From assembly GCA_029259355.1 (NCBI GenBank), contig JAPDIZ010000007.1, forward strand, positions 46,565 to 78,564: a DNA stretch of 32,000 bases, read 5' to 3'. Under the pieces are notes generated by a model. The model had not been told where the DNA came from. It saw only the letters and a list, made by a program, of their open reading frames with translations, and did not search any database. The stretch is from Candidatus Bathyarchaeota archaeon. GTDB taxonomy: Archaea > Thermoproteota > Bathyarchaeia > JAPDIZ01. This document shows positions 5,603-14,159 of the stretch, one piece after another. Position numbers and translations under genes: made by a program. Within the stretch, counting starts at the first letter, position 1. Each line of letters starts with the position of its first letter.

Positions 5603-7981
5603 ATGACCATCAGTTTCTGGTTGCTCGACATAAACTACGAAGTGAGAGATGATCACCTCGAGATATGGCTATGGGGCATAACCGAGGACGACAAGCGAAT
5701 ACTCCTAATCGACAAGAGCTTCAAACCATACTTCTACGTAGTCGTTGGAGAAGACTCTCCAAAGACGCGTGAAGAAATAATCTCTATGCTGAAGGAGACC
5801 AAGGGAGTAGAGTCTTGTGAAGTCAAGCACATGAAGCGGCTTAGGAAAGAGGTAGAAGCCATTAAGGTAGTATGCCAGACTCCATTAAGTGTTGAGAGGT
5901 GCGTGAAGCGCCTCAGCAAAATGCGGACTTCCGTGGAGGTTTTTGAGCACGATCTAAGACCTTCTGCTCAGTACCTCATCGATAGGGACATCGGACCCTG
6001 TGGATGGTACTCAGCAGAGGTTGAGGAAATCTCCCTACCCGAGAACGTTCGCGTAGATAGAGCATACCAGCTGCTCCAGCCCCTCAAGCCTGTCGATAGG
6101 GTTGATCTCCCCCCGATTAGAGCCTTGGCATTTGATGTCGTAGCGTACGACCCCTATGGGTCTCCAAAGCCCGAGACGGCTAAGATCGTGCTCATCTCAG
6201 TCGCAACCTCAGATGGAGGCTTTGCGCAGTTCGTCTGCGAGGGTGAAGATGATCGTGAAGTAATTCAGCAATTCGTAGACTACGTTTTAGACTTCGACCC
6301 CGACATCTTAGTAGGTTTTGAAAGCAACCGAAGCGTGTTGCCTCTTCTATCGGAAAGAGCTGAAAGGCTTGGGTTAAAGCTAACGATAGATCGCATCGAA
6401 GGGATTCCTCACACAAGCGTCTATGGACATGTATCCGTGACTGGAAGGATAAACCTAGACATGAGAGATTTTGCTGAGGATTTCATCGAGATAAAGGTTA
6501 AGGATCTGAGGAATCTCGCCAAATTCTTGGGAGTAAAGCGAGAGGTCTTGAGCATACCCGAAACCGAGATACCCAAGCTGTGGGAGAGGGGGGAGGTAGA
6601 GAAGCTGTCAGCGTACTCGAGGTCTAGGGCAGAAGCTCTGATGGATGTCTTCCGCTCCCTAGCTGAGTACTCTACGCAGCTCTCCCACCTAATTGGCATG
6701 CCTCTGGACTACGTAGTAACTTCTGCTGTGGGCTTCAGAGTAGAGTGGTTCTTGATGAGACACGCTCACAGAGTAGGCGAGCTTATTCCCAGCAGAGCTG
6801 AGGTCCCCTACGCACCCTACAAAGGTGCTATGGTGCTGCAGCCCAAGGTGGGTCTACACGAAAAGGTGGCTGTGCTAGACTTCAAGTCCATGTACCCAAA
6901 CATCATGATAATGTACAACGTCTCTCCAGACACCTACGTCCCACCAGATGAAGACATTCCCGATGAAGAGGTGAATATCGCGCCAGAAGTTGGCCACAGA
7001 TTCCTCAAGAAACCTCCCGGTATGTACAAAGCAGTGCTGTCTTCGCTGCTTGAAGCGAGAGATAGCATTCGCAAACGTCTCAAGAAAGTTCCCGCCGACT
7101 CTCCCGAGTACAGAGTCCTTGATGCGAGGCAGCGAGTGGTCAAGGTATTGGCAAACGCAACCTACGGCTACGCTGGGTGGGTTGGCGCAAGGTGGTTCGT
7201 AAAGCCTGTTGCGGAAGCTGTTGCGGCTTGGGGTAGGTATGTAATCTCCGAAACCATCAAGATAGCTGAATCCCTTGGGCTGCAGGTTATCTACGGAGAC
7301 ACCGACAGCGTATTCGTCCGCTACGACGAGGAGCTCGTAGAGAAGTTCTGCAAAGCTGTTGAGGAAAAGCTGGGGCTGGAGGTTAGGCCTGAGACGGTCT
7401 ACGAAAGGCTCTTGTTTACTGAGGCGAAGAAGAGATACGCTGGTCTACTTCCCGACGGCTCTCTCGATATCGTCGGCTTGGAAGTGGTTAGGGGCGATTG
7501 GGCAGAGATAGCGAAGAAGGCGCAGGAAAGAGTCTTAGAAGTCGTCTTGAAGGGGAGGGGGAGGGAAGAAGCTATCAAGCAGCTGAAGGAGCTGGTCTCC
7601 AGCATCTACAGCCTCGAAGCACCTTATGAAGACTTCATCATATGGAAGACGCTGACCATGTCTATCGATCAGTACAAGGTAAGAGCCCCCCATGTTGAGG
7701 TGGCTAAATCCCTCCTAAAGTCAGGCTGGAAGCCTACTGTAGGAGACAAAATAGGCTACGTAGTGGTTAAGGGCGAGGGGAAGCTTAGGGAGAAAGCTAG
7801 GTTCTTTGGATGGGCATCGAAGGAGGACCTAGACCTAGACTACTACGTCAATCACCAAGTTTTACCCGCTGCCACTAGGGTATTGTCTGTTCTTGGGGTA
7901 TCTGAAGAAGAACTCAAGAGGGTAGTGGGAGAGAAAGAAGGCCCAAAAACGCTCATGGACTTCTTCCAGCAGAGAAGCTAA
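5603..7981 (+). CDS. polB: Family B DNA polymerase; polymerase motifs intact, exonuclease motifs degenerate
   Basis: Motif A LDFKSMYPNIM, motif B KVLANATYGY, motif C YGDTDS (D566 at 7298-7300), KKRY motif. Exo I reads FDVV, Exo II FESNRSVLPLL, Exo III YSRSR. No intein. Confidence 0.95.
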   Translation: MTISFWLLDINYEVRDDHLEIWLWGITEDDKRILLIDKSFKPYFYVVVGEDSPKTREEIISMLKETKGVESCEVKHMKRLRKEVEAIKVVCQTPLSVERCVKRLSKMRTSVEVFEHDLRPSAQYLIDRDIGPCGWYSAEVEEISLPENVRVDRAYQLLQPLKPVDRVDLPPIRALAFDVVAYDPYGSPKPETAKIVLISVATSDGGFAQFVCEGEDDREVIQQFVDYVLDFDPDILVGFESNRSVLPLLSERAERLGLKLTIDRIEGIPHTSVYGHVSVTGRINLDMRDFAEDFIEIKVKDLRNLAKFLGVKREVLSIPETEIPKLWERGEVEKLSAYSRSRAEALMDVFRSLAEYSTQLSHLIGMPLDYVVTSAVGFRVEWFLMRHAHRVGELIPSRAEVPYAPYKGAMVLQPKVGLHEKVAVLDFKSMYPNIMIMYNVSPDTYVPPDEDIPDEEVNIAPEVGHRFLKKPPGMYKAVLSSLLEARDSIRKRLKKVPADSPEYRVLDARQRVVKVLANATYGYAGWVGARWFVKPVAEAVAAWGRYVISETIKIAESLGLQVIYGDTDSVFVRYDEELVEKFCKAVEEKLGLEVRPETVYERLLFTEAKKRYAGLLPDGSLDIVGLEVVRGDWAEIAKKAQERVLEVVLKGRGREEAIKQLKELVSSIYSLEAPYEDFIIWKTLTMSIDQYKVRAPHVEVAKSLLKSGWKPTVGDKIGYVVVKGEGKLREKARFFGWASKEDLDLDYYVNHQVLPAATRVLSVLGVSEEELKRVVGEKEGPKTLMDFFQQRS

Positions 7982-9144
7982 GCGACATCAGAAAAAGTGC
8001 AGAGCTTTATGTCAACGGGTCTTCTAGCAATTTCAGCTATTCTGTCGGCGACTATGTACCTAACTCCCTTCTCGCCCGCTATGTCTACTATTCGCTGAGT
8101 TATTACGCCATCGAAAACCACCGCATACGCTTCTTCAACCCCTCCAAGAGTCTCTGCCAGTTCGCTGACCGGGACCCTGTGCAAAACGTTGAAGTCGCTA
8201 TCGAGTATCACGGCCTCCAGAGTCCCGCGAAGCTCCTCCACAAACTGCTTTATCTCCTTAGGCACCGCGATCTTCCTCACAGCTTCCTTAGGAGGCCTCC
8301 GCCCACGCTCCTCTCTAAGCTGCTCGACTGGAACTCTCTCCCTCAAAGCTTTCAAGACTTCTTTGGGAGTAAGGTCCTCGACTTCTCGACCGGGTGGTGC
8401 TCTAGCGACGTAATCCACTTTCGCTACCTGTAGCAGCTCCTTGAGGATCAGGTCTCCTCCACGGTCTCCATCTAAAAACGCCGTAACCTCTTTCTCCCTA
8501 CTGAGCTTGATTATGGCCTCCGGGATCTTAGCTCCCTCAACAGCTATCACGTTTCGTATTCCACACTTTAGGAGGTTGATCACATCTGCTCTTCCTTCCA
8601 CGACCACAATTGAGTCTGAGGAGTCTATGTCTGGACCAGCGGGGAGCTTCTCAGGTCCGTAGCTGACGACCTCAGCCACTTTTATAGCCTCTCCAACTTC
8701 CTTCAAAATCTCCTCAACGCTTGGCGTCGACTCAAGCGTCCAGTGCCTAAGTATCTCCTTCGCCCTCTCTATGACAATCCTCCTCTTCGTCTCCCTAACA
8801 TCCTCGATCTTTTCGATGGTTATCTTAGCGTTGCATGGCCCAACACGGTCTACGCTCTCTATAGCTGCAGCCAGTACCGCAGTCGCGACTCGGTCTAAGC
8901 TTGATGGAATGATGATCGTTCCCGTTGTATGGTCATGTTTTGACTCGATCTCTATCTCGATTCTGCCTATCCTACCCGTTTTCTGAAGCTCTCGTAGGTC
9001 GAGTTCAGGACCAAAGAGCCCCTCAGTTTGGCCGAACAACGCACCTATTACGTCCGGCTTCTCGACCACACCATCTACGTCAAACTTTGCCCAAATCACG
9101 TACTTTGCCGTGACGGGGGGCTGTACTCCTCCCATAACTACCAC
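7978..9144 (-). CDS. dnaG: Archaeal DnaG-type primase (Toprim; exosome-associated DnaG)
   Basis: The N-terminus KYVIWAKFDVDGVVEKPDVIGALFGQTEGLFG is the archaeal DnaG signature. Toprim motifs VVEGRAD and DGDRGGD are present. Its stop codon overlaps the polB stop (CTAA). Confidence 0.9.
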   Translation of the reverse strand: MVVMGGVQPPVTAKYVIWAKFDVDGVVEKPDVIGALFGQTEGLFGPELDLRELQKTGRIGRIEIEIESKHDHTTGTIIIPSSLDRVATAVLAAAIESVDRVGPCNAKITIEKIEDVRETKRRIVIERAKEILRHWTLESTPSVEEILKEVGEAIKVAEVVSYGPEKLPAGPDIDSSDSIVVVEGRADVINLLKCGIRNVIAVEGAKIPEAIIKLSREKEVTAFLDGDRGGDLILKELLQVAKVDYVARAPPGREVEDLTPKEVLKALRERVPVEQLREERGRRPPKEAVRKIAVPKEIKQFVEELRGTLEAVILDSDFNVLHRVPVSELAETLGGVEEAYAVVFDGVITQRIVDIAGEKGVRYIVADRIAEIARRPVDIKLCTFSDVA

Positions 9145-9147
9145 CTC

Positions 9148-9588
9148 CTAAGACATGAGTTCGTAGAGCTTCTTTGGAGGCATGCCTCTCTCGCTGCTCC
9201 AACTTTCCACCAGCGTGGCTATGCCCTCTATGTCCTTCACCTGACCCTGCGTAACTCCCCTAAACCTCATCCAGTAAGAAGTATCTGCCTTAACCCTCAT
9301 GTGCTCAAGCTCCTCCACCATCTTCTTCAGAAGCCTATGCCCCGCGGGGTCGAAATCTGGTAGCAGGATAACCTCTTCAACAAAGCTTAGCTCGCTCAAG
9401 ACATCCACTAGCGTCCCTCTACCCGACTTTACGGCGAGAACCCGACCACTTATTCCCAGCTTTTTGAGCGACGCTACGTCCTTCTTACCTTCAACGACTA
9501 TGATCTTTCCCATATCGGCGTCGTGTCGAAGATCCTCTATTAGCTTAACGAGCTTCTCATACCTCTCGTCTCTATCCAAGGCGTTCAC
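9148..9588 (-). CDS. Small stand-alone Toprim domain protein (RNase M5/small primase-like group)
   Basis: Toprim motifs VVEGKKD and LLPDFDPAG. The GTG start overlaps the tyrS stop (GTGA), and the gene ends 3 nt before the dnaG start. Confidence 0.8.
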   Translation of the reverse strand: MNALDRDERYEKLVKLIEDLRHDADMGKIIVVEGKKDVASLKKLGISGRVLAVKSGRGTLVDVLSELSFVEEVILLPDFDPAGHRLLKKMVEELEHMRVKADTSYWMRFRGVTQGQVKDIEGIATLVESWSSERGMPPKKLYELMS

Positions 9589-10658
9589 CGCGTAATCATA
9601 AGCTTCGATATCTTCTGGAGCAGCTCTCTAGCCTCCTTGTTGGACTCGAAGTATTCCCTAACCGGGGCTAGCTTATCGGAGAGCGCTTTTGCAGCGGCGT
9701 TTTTGAGGTCTAGTGGGTGGAGCTCTCCCTTCCTGTACATCTTCGAGAGTTCCCTAAAGCTGCTAACCTCAAGGGGGCCACCGTACTGAGAGGGTCTATC
9801 TATGTATAGCGTAAAGCCAGGATCCGAAAAGAGGAGCAGCCTGTTTATCTCGAGAACGGGGTTGTTCTTCACCTCTTTCGGGGGGCAGTAAGCGTCTAGG
9901 ACCTTCTTCCTTATGTCCTCTTCCGAATCGTGGATGAATATGCATTTTTCTGGCTTAGATTTGCTCATCTTGACATCAAATAGTGACGTATCCATTCGCT
10001 GCATCCCTTCCAGCCCAACCAGCAGGGGGGTGTGGATTGCGACCGGCTTCTCCCTTCCAAACGCAGAAGCTATCTCCCTAGCCATTACGTGAGCCTTCCT
10101 CTGATCAGTTCCGCCTAAGCAGATGTCGAGGCCGAGGTAGAATATGTCAGCCACTTGCATACAGGGGTAAATTAGCTTTGAGAAGTCTAGGAGCGCTTCC
10201 CTCTGCTTCCTCCCCATGATGGTTAGCGCTCGCTTGACTCTAGCTAGGCTTAACTCCTTAGCAACTTTGAGGACGGTGGACCAGTATTCGGGGTCTCTTA
10301 CCATCTCCTCAGCTCTAATTATCCTGAGCCTATCTACGTCTACGCCCAAAGCTCTGAGGCAGTGCTCGATGTAGTCAGCACAGAGGTGTATGTTTTCAAG
10401 GCTCCCCCCAAGCTTGTCGTTTATCCACGCATGCCATGTAGCCTCTAAGAGGATGAAGTCTACTCCAGCGTCCATTAGGTCTTGTATCTTCCTAGCCCAA
10501 ATAGTCCAGCCTATGTGGAACAGGCCGCTGGGCTCCACGCCGATATATCCCTTTAATCTTCTACCAGATTCTAGCTGCTTCGCCAAGTCTTCTTTCGTAA
10601 GCACCTCAGCAACGTTCCTCGTGATGAGCGTGAGCTTCTCTCGAGCCAATGAAATCAT
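9585..10658 (-). CDS. tyrS: Tyrosyl-tRNA synthetase
   Basis: YIGVEPSGLFHIGW (HIGH region, compare archaeal IGFEPSGKIHLGH), LLEATWHAWINDKLGG, and KMSKS present. Confidence 0.85.
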   Translation of the reverse strand: MISLAREKLTLITRNVAEVLTKEDLAKQLESGRRLKGYIGVEPSGLFHIGWTIWARKIQDLMDAGVDFILLEATWHAWINDKLGGSLENIHLCADYIEHCLRALGVDVDRLRIIRAEEMVRDPEYWSTVLKVAKELSLARVKRALTIMGRKQREALLDFSKLIYPCMQVADIFYLGLDICLGGTDQRKAHVMAREIASAFGREKPVAIHTPLLVGLEGMQRMDTSLFDVKMSKSKPEKCIFIHDSEEDIRKKVLDAYCPPKEVKNNPVLEINRLLLFSDPGFTLYIDRPSQYGGPLEVSSFRELSKMYRKGELHPLDLKNAAAKALSDKLAPVREYFESNKEARELLQKISKLMITR

Positions 10659-10664
10659 CCTCGC

Positions 10665-10902
10665 GAGGCAGCGGCTTCGAAGGCTGCGGCGGGCAGCAGA
10701 GTGTCCCCCACGTAACTAACACTCCGCTTCATCGTTAGGCTCCGCCTACCTCGGCGAAGCTCTCTCGTAGTGGGGGTTTGCCCACCGCCCCCCGCCATGT
10801 CCCGCGCCTGGGTCCCCCCTCCCTCATCGAATAGGAGACCCCCCTCTCAGTCGAGGCCGTTTTACGCGGGTAACTCCGCAAGCGGAGTACGGCGGGGGAC
10901 GC
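10665..10902 (-). ncRNA. Structured RNA of unknown class (stand-alone ncRNA or long leader of tyrS)
   Basis: GC-rich non-coding gap with nested helices. Closing helix 10891-10900 / 10787-10796. Hairpin 10873-10878 / 10883-10888 with tetraloop. Helix 10865-10870 / 10801-10806 followed by ACA. 8-bp hairpin 10739-10746 / 10753-10760. 9-bp hairpin 10696-10704 / 10719-10727. Three helices hold G-U pairs on the minus strand that would be A-C mismatches on the plus strand. Confidence 0.5.
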
Positions 10903-10924
10903 TTGAATAACTTGGTTTGGTTGC

Positions 10925-10930
10925 TTATAA
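10925..10930 (-). promoter_or_regulatory. TATA box (TTATAA on minus strand) upstream of the structured RNA
   Basis: It lies about 25 nt upstream of the base of the closing helix (around 10902) and immediately after the pheT stop. Confidence 0.45.
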
Positions 10931-10941
10931 CCTCTATTCTC

Positions 10942-12633
10942 TCAGATACTGCGCTTCTTGACCTCTTGAAGAGCTCCTAGGTCAATTTCGCAAACAACGA
11001 CAGGTTTGCCAATTCCGAAGTTGTTGAGAACTTCTGGGTGCACCTCGCCGATCATTCCCGCCTCCACTCCACCAACCACTATTTTGCCTACCCTTCCCTC
11101 TATGAAGCTGGGATAATCTATCTCTCTCAGCTCGTAGGATAGGCCAAGTAATCGGAGGAAGCCGTCAGCTATGCTCTTAGCGTCGGTGAAAGTTACTTGG
11201 TCGCCTGCGATAGCAAAGCCAAGGACGCGTTTGTCCCGCGCTCCAGTGGGGCTATCCTTTACGGGAACTACGCAGTACCCTACTTCAAAGACCTTCTGCG
11301 GATATTCTACGTGAGTGTTGAAGCTGAGGAACTCGATGAGGGAGGGTGTGATCCAGTCTCTCAAACAGGTAAACCTAAGCGTCCTAGGGTTGGCTACCTC
11401 TATGTAGCCTTCTCTAGGGAGCCTCATTTTATCGCGGATGATTTCTGGGCTAGACATGATGAAAGTGAGTATTTCTTGGAAGCCGAAGCCAATCATTATC
11501 TCTCTTACGAGATTCGCGAACTTCTCTTCTTCACTTATGTCGCCTATGGTCATTATCTGAGGGACGACGGGCTCTATGCGGTCGTAGCCGTACATGATGG
11601 CGACATCTTCAACTATATCCACAGGGTGCATAATGTCCACACGATAAGCAGGAATCTGAACCACGATTTCGTCTCCAACGGCTTTTGCCCCATACCTAGC
11701 CTTCTCCAGAAGCTCAGCGATTTGAGCGGGCTCGAGGTCTAAGCCAACAACCGACTTCACATATTCTTTGGTAACTTTGCTCTCATTAGGCTGTAGCTGA
11801 GGGGTCTCTATCTCTCTAGGCTCGTATGGGTGCTTGTTGACTGCTTTTCTGATAACTCCCCCGCGCTCTGCGATCGAAGTTGCTACTATGGTGAGCGTAT
11901 TGGAGACGGCCGTCCAGTTTGTCCCTGTAACCTCAACGAGTATGTTTCTCGTCTCAGTGGTTACTCGACCGAGGTCTGCGGAGTTTATGATGGGGGGCAT
12001 AGACAAAACCTTGCCTCTAGAGTCCATGAGGATTGGCCACTTGGGGTAGTCCTTTATTATGTGCCCATACTCGATGCCCTTGGGGTGCTCCTCCAGTATT
12101 CTCCTAAGCGTAAGCTCTTCGTCGAAGCCCAGTGGGACAAAGCTAACCTCATCTGGCCCAACCAGTTTGTAGTATATTGGAGGGGTGATTAGGTCAGCGA
12201 CGTATAGGCCAATTGAGGTTCGCTTTCGCCCTCGACCATAGGTTAGGTCGAGCTTGTCTTGAAGTCGTATGAACCCAACCAAGACGCTTTCGTCGATTTC
12301 AACACCATACACCACTGCGCAAGCGATGTAGGGCCTAATCTCCTTGAGAGCTGGGTCTACGAAGACCTCTATGGGGGGCTGGTCGGAGAGCTTGAATTCT
12401 CTGAGCCCGGTCTCTACGCTCAACACACCTCTCAGCGCTCTCGCGATTCCCTCCACAGTCCACAAGTCTGGTCTGTTTCCATCCTTGACCTCTACCCTAA
12501 GGTAGTCGCCCGTGAACTCCTCAACCTCTGCCTTGATGAACGACAGGAGGTAGTCGAGTTCCTCCGCGTCTTTGGGAATGCTTGCGCCTACCAATCGCTC
12601 TAGGTCGGAGAAGCTCATCTCTATCGTGGGCAT
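10942..12633 (-). CDS. pheT: Phenylalanyl-tRNA synthetase beta subunit
   Basis: 563 aa with the archaeal beta-subunit layout (N-terminal MPTIEMSFSDLERLVG..., B3/4-B5-like core). It starts 1 nt after the pheS stop. Confidence 0.9.
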   Translation of the reverse strand: MPTIEMSFSDLERLVGASIPKDAEELDYLLSFIKAEVEEFTGDYLRVEVKDGNRPDLWTVEGIARALRGVLSVETGLREFKLSDQPPIEVFVDPALKEIRPYIACAVVYGVEIDESVLVGFIRLQDKLDLTYGRGRKRTSIGLYVADLITPPIYYKLVGPDEVSFVPLGFDEELTLRRILEEHPKGIEYGHIIKDYPKWPILMDSRGKVLSMPPIINSADLGRVTTETRNILVEVTGTNWTAVSNTLTIVATSIAERGGVIRKAVNKHPYEPREIETPQLQPNESKVTKEYVKSVVGLDLEPAQIAELLEKARYGAKAVGDEIVVQIPAYRVDIMHPVDIVEDVAIMYGYDRIEPVVPQIMTIGDISEEEKFANLVREIMIGFGFQEILTFIMSSPEIIRDKMRLPREGYIEVANPRTLRFTCLRDWITPSLIEFLSFNTHVEYPQKVFEVGYCVVPVKDSPTGARDKRVLGFAIAGDQVTFTDAKSIADGFLRLLGLSYELREIDYPSFIEGRVGKIVVGGVEAGMIGEVHPEVLNNFGIGKPVVVCEIDLGALQEVKKRSI

Positions 12634-12634
12634 A

Positions 12635-14158
12635 TCACAACATCTCCGCTTTCCTTAGCCAGTCCAAATCCCTCGTGAAGAGCTGCCTAATATCGTCTAT
12701 TCCAGCCTTCATCATGAACAATCTATCTACCCCAAGCCCCCAAGCAATGACCGGAACCTCGACACCAAGCGGAAGCGTCAGCTCTGGCCTAAATATGCCT
12801 GCTCCACCGAACTCGAGCCACCCATACCCTTCCTTGTACGCTGCTAACTCTACGCTGGGCTCAGTGAACGGGAAGTAGTCTGGCCTAAACCTCACCTTGT
12901 CTGCGCCAGCGATCTCTACAGCAAACGTCTTCAGTATCCCCAGAAGCTCCTTTAGCGTGAGGTCCTTTGCTACCACAATCCCCTCTACTTGGTTAAACTC
13001 CGTCAGGTGTGTTCTGTCTACTACGTCTGGTCTAAAGCACCTGACTATTGAGAAGTACTTCCCCGGAATCTTGAGGTCTGGGTTAATCAGCGTCCTCGCG
13101 CTGAGAGCAGTGCCTTGGCTTCTTAGAATAAGCTTCGCTGCCTCAGCAACTGAGAACTTATATCCCCAGCCCCTAGAGCCTGTGGTCCAGCCATATTCGT
13201 GAGCAGCCTTAACTCTATCGACAAACTCAGAGTAGGGTGATAGGTCTCCCATGCTCGGCTCCTTGATGTAGTAGATATCGTGTATCTCCCGCGCAGGGTG
13301 GTCTTGGGGCATGTAAAGAGCATCGCAGTTGAAGAACATGTACTCGACAATAGGTCCCCTCATCTCCTCAAAGCCGAGGGCTACGAGCCTCTCCCTAAGC
13401 TCGTCTAGGAACTTGAGGTATGGCTGCTTCTTCCCTGGCCAGACAACAGGCGCTGGTCTCTGTATGTCGTATCTTCTCAGCTTAACCTCGCGCCACTTAC
13501 CCGTTATGATGAGGTCGGTGGTTAGGCGGCTTACCTCCTCAACTACCTCGAGGAGCTGTGGGGGGACTCTCCTTCCCTCTTCCGTGATAGCCACTTTTCT
13601 AAAGACCTTCTCGCTTACCTCAATTACCCCTGGGCGCTTCGACAGCTTTTCTAAAGCGTCTCGGAGCGTGGGGTCTATCTCATGCTCCGCCCTCTCCCTC
13701 TCGGCTAATGCTTTCACCACCCTTTCCTCAGGCGAAATCTCTGGAACCGTTAGCAGCTTAGCAAAGGTTTCTCCATCTCTTTTCTCGATGGAGACCCAGC
13801 CCAGCCTCCTTGCCCACCCAAGCGCGATGGAAAACTCTTCCTCAGATACCCCCATCTCTTCTCTTAACTTGCTGAGAGAAGCTTCTTCTAGTCTTCCCAA
13901 GACCTCAACAAGCCTACGCTCAGGAAAGCCTTCTAAAGCGAATTTCCTCCCCTCTGGGCCCAGTGAATAGGTTTTGGTCCTGTGTTCCTCAATCGTGGCA
14001 AGGCCTTTCTCATAAAGCCACATAACCGCTCTCGAAACAGCTGCTTGATCAAGCTGGGTTTCATCCCGTAACTGCTCAAGCGAAGCCTCCCCAAGCTTCT
14101 GAAGAGCCTTGAGCAGGGTTTTCTCCAAGGGGTGAAGGACTAGCTCGCTCATGTCCAA
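12635..14158 (-). CDS. pheS: Phenylalanyl-tRNA synthetase alpha subunit
   Basis: Class II motifs FRPDYFPFTEPS and GAGIFRPE, with N-terminal winged-helix repeats. It starts 1 nt after the trpS stop. Confidence 0.9.
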   Translation of the reverse strand: MDMSELVLHPLEKTLLKALQKLGEASLEQLRDETQLDQAAVSRAVMWLYEKGLATIEEHRTKTYSLGPEGRKFALEGFPERRLVEVLGRLEEASLSKLREEMGVSEEEFSIALGWARRLGWVSIEKRDGETFAKLLTVPEISPEERVVKALAERERAEHEIDPTLRDALEKLSKRPGVIEVSEKVFRKVAITEEGRRVPPQLLEVVEEVSRLTTDLIITGKWREVKLRRYDIQRPAPVVWPGKKQPYLKFLDELRERLVALGFEEMRGPIVEYMFFNCDALYMPQDHPAREIHDIYYIKEPSMGDLSPYSEFVDRVKAAHEYGWTTGSRGWGYKFSVAEAAKLILRSQGTALSARTLINPDLKIPGKYFSIVRCFRPDVVDRTHLTEFNQVEGIVVAKDLTLKELLGILKTFAVEIAGADKVRFRPDYFPFTEPSVELAAYKEGYGWLEFGGAGIFRPELTLPLGVEVPVIAWGLGVDRLFMMKAGIDDIRQLFTRDLDWLRKAEML

Positions 14159-14159
14159 C

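Noticed and set aside
5603-7981. Possible intein or split in the PolB gene.
   Set aside because: Motifs A, B and C are contiguous with normal spacing, and the 792-aa length fits an intein-free enzyme.
8917-8925. C-box-like UGAUGA matches. Others are at 10621-10627, 11457-11463 and 13506-13512, and on the minus strand near 16316 and 24540.
   Set aside because: All lie inside coding regions. None has a matching CUGA D box at the 50-70 nt spacing, or terminal complementarity, so a C/D sRNA is not supported.
10660-10941. Assignment of the structured intergenic RNA as RNase P RNA.
   Set aside because: I could not find the universally conserved CR-I motif (GGAAAGUCC) or the ACAGAA...GGCUUA CR-V motif on either strand. 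GCAAACCCCCAC and AAAACGGCC only vaguely resemble RNase P segments and occur in the wrong order. The class is left unknown.
13329-13970. 213-aa ORF antisense to pheS. Similar long antisense ORFs occur at 11197..11742, 11830..12192, 12259..12603, 16881..17318, 21120..21503 and 24722..25099.
   Set aside because: They are Ser/Leu/Thr/Pro-rich low-complexity products that fully overlap well-supported conserved genes on the other strand. This is the expected stop-codon depletion in antisense frames.
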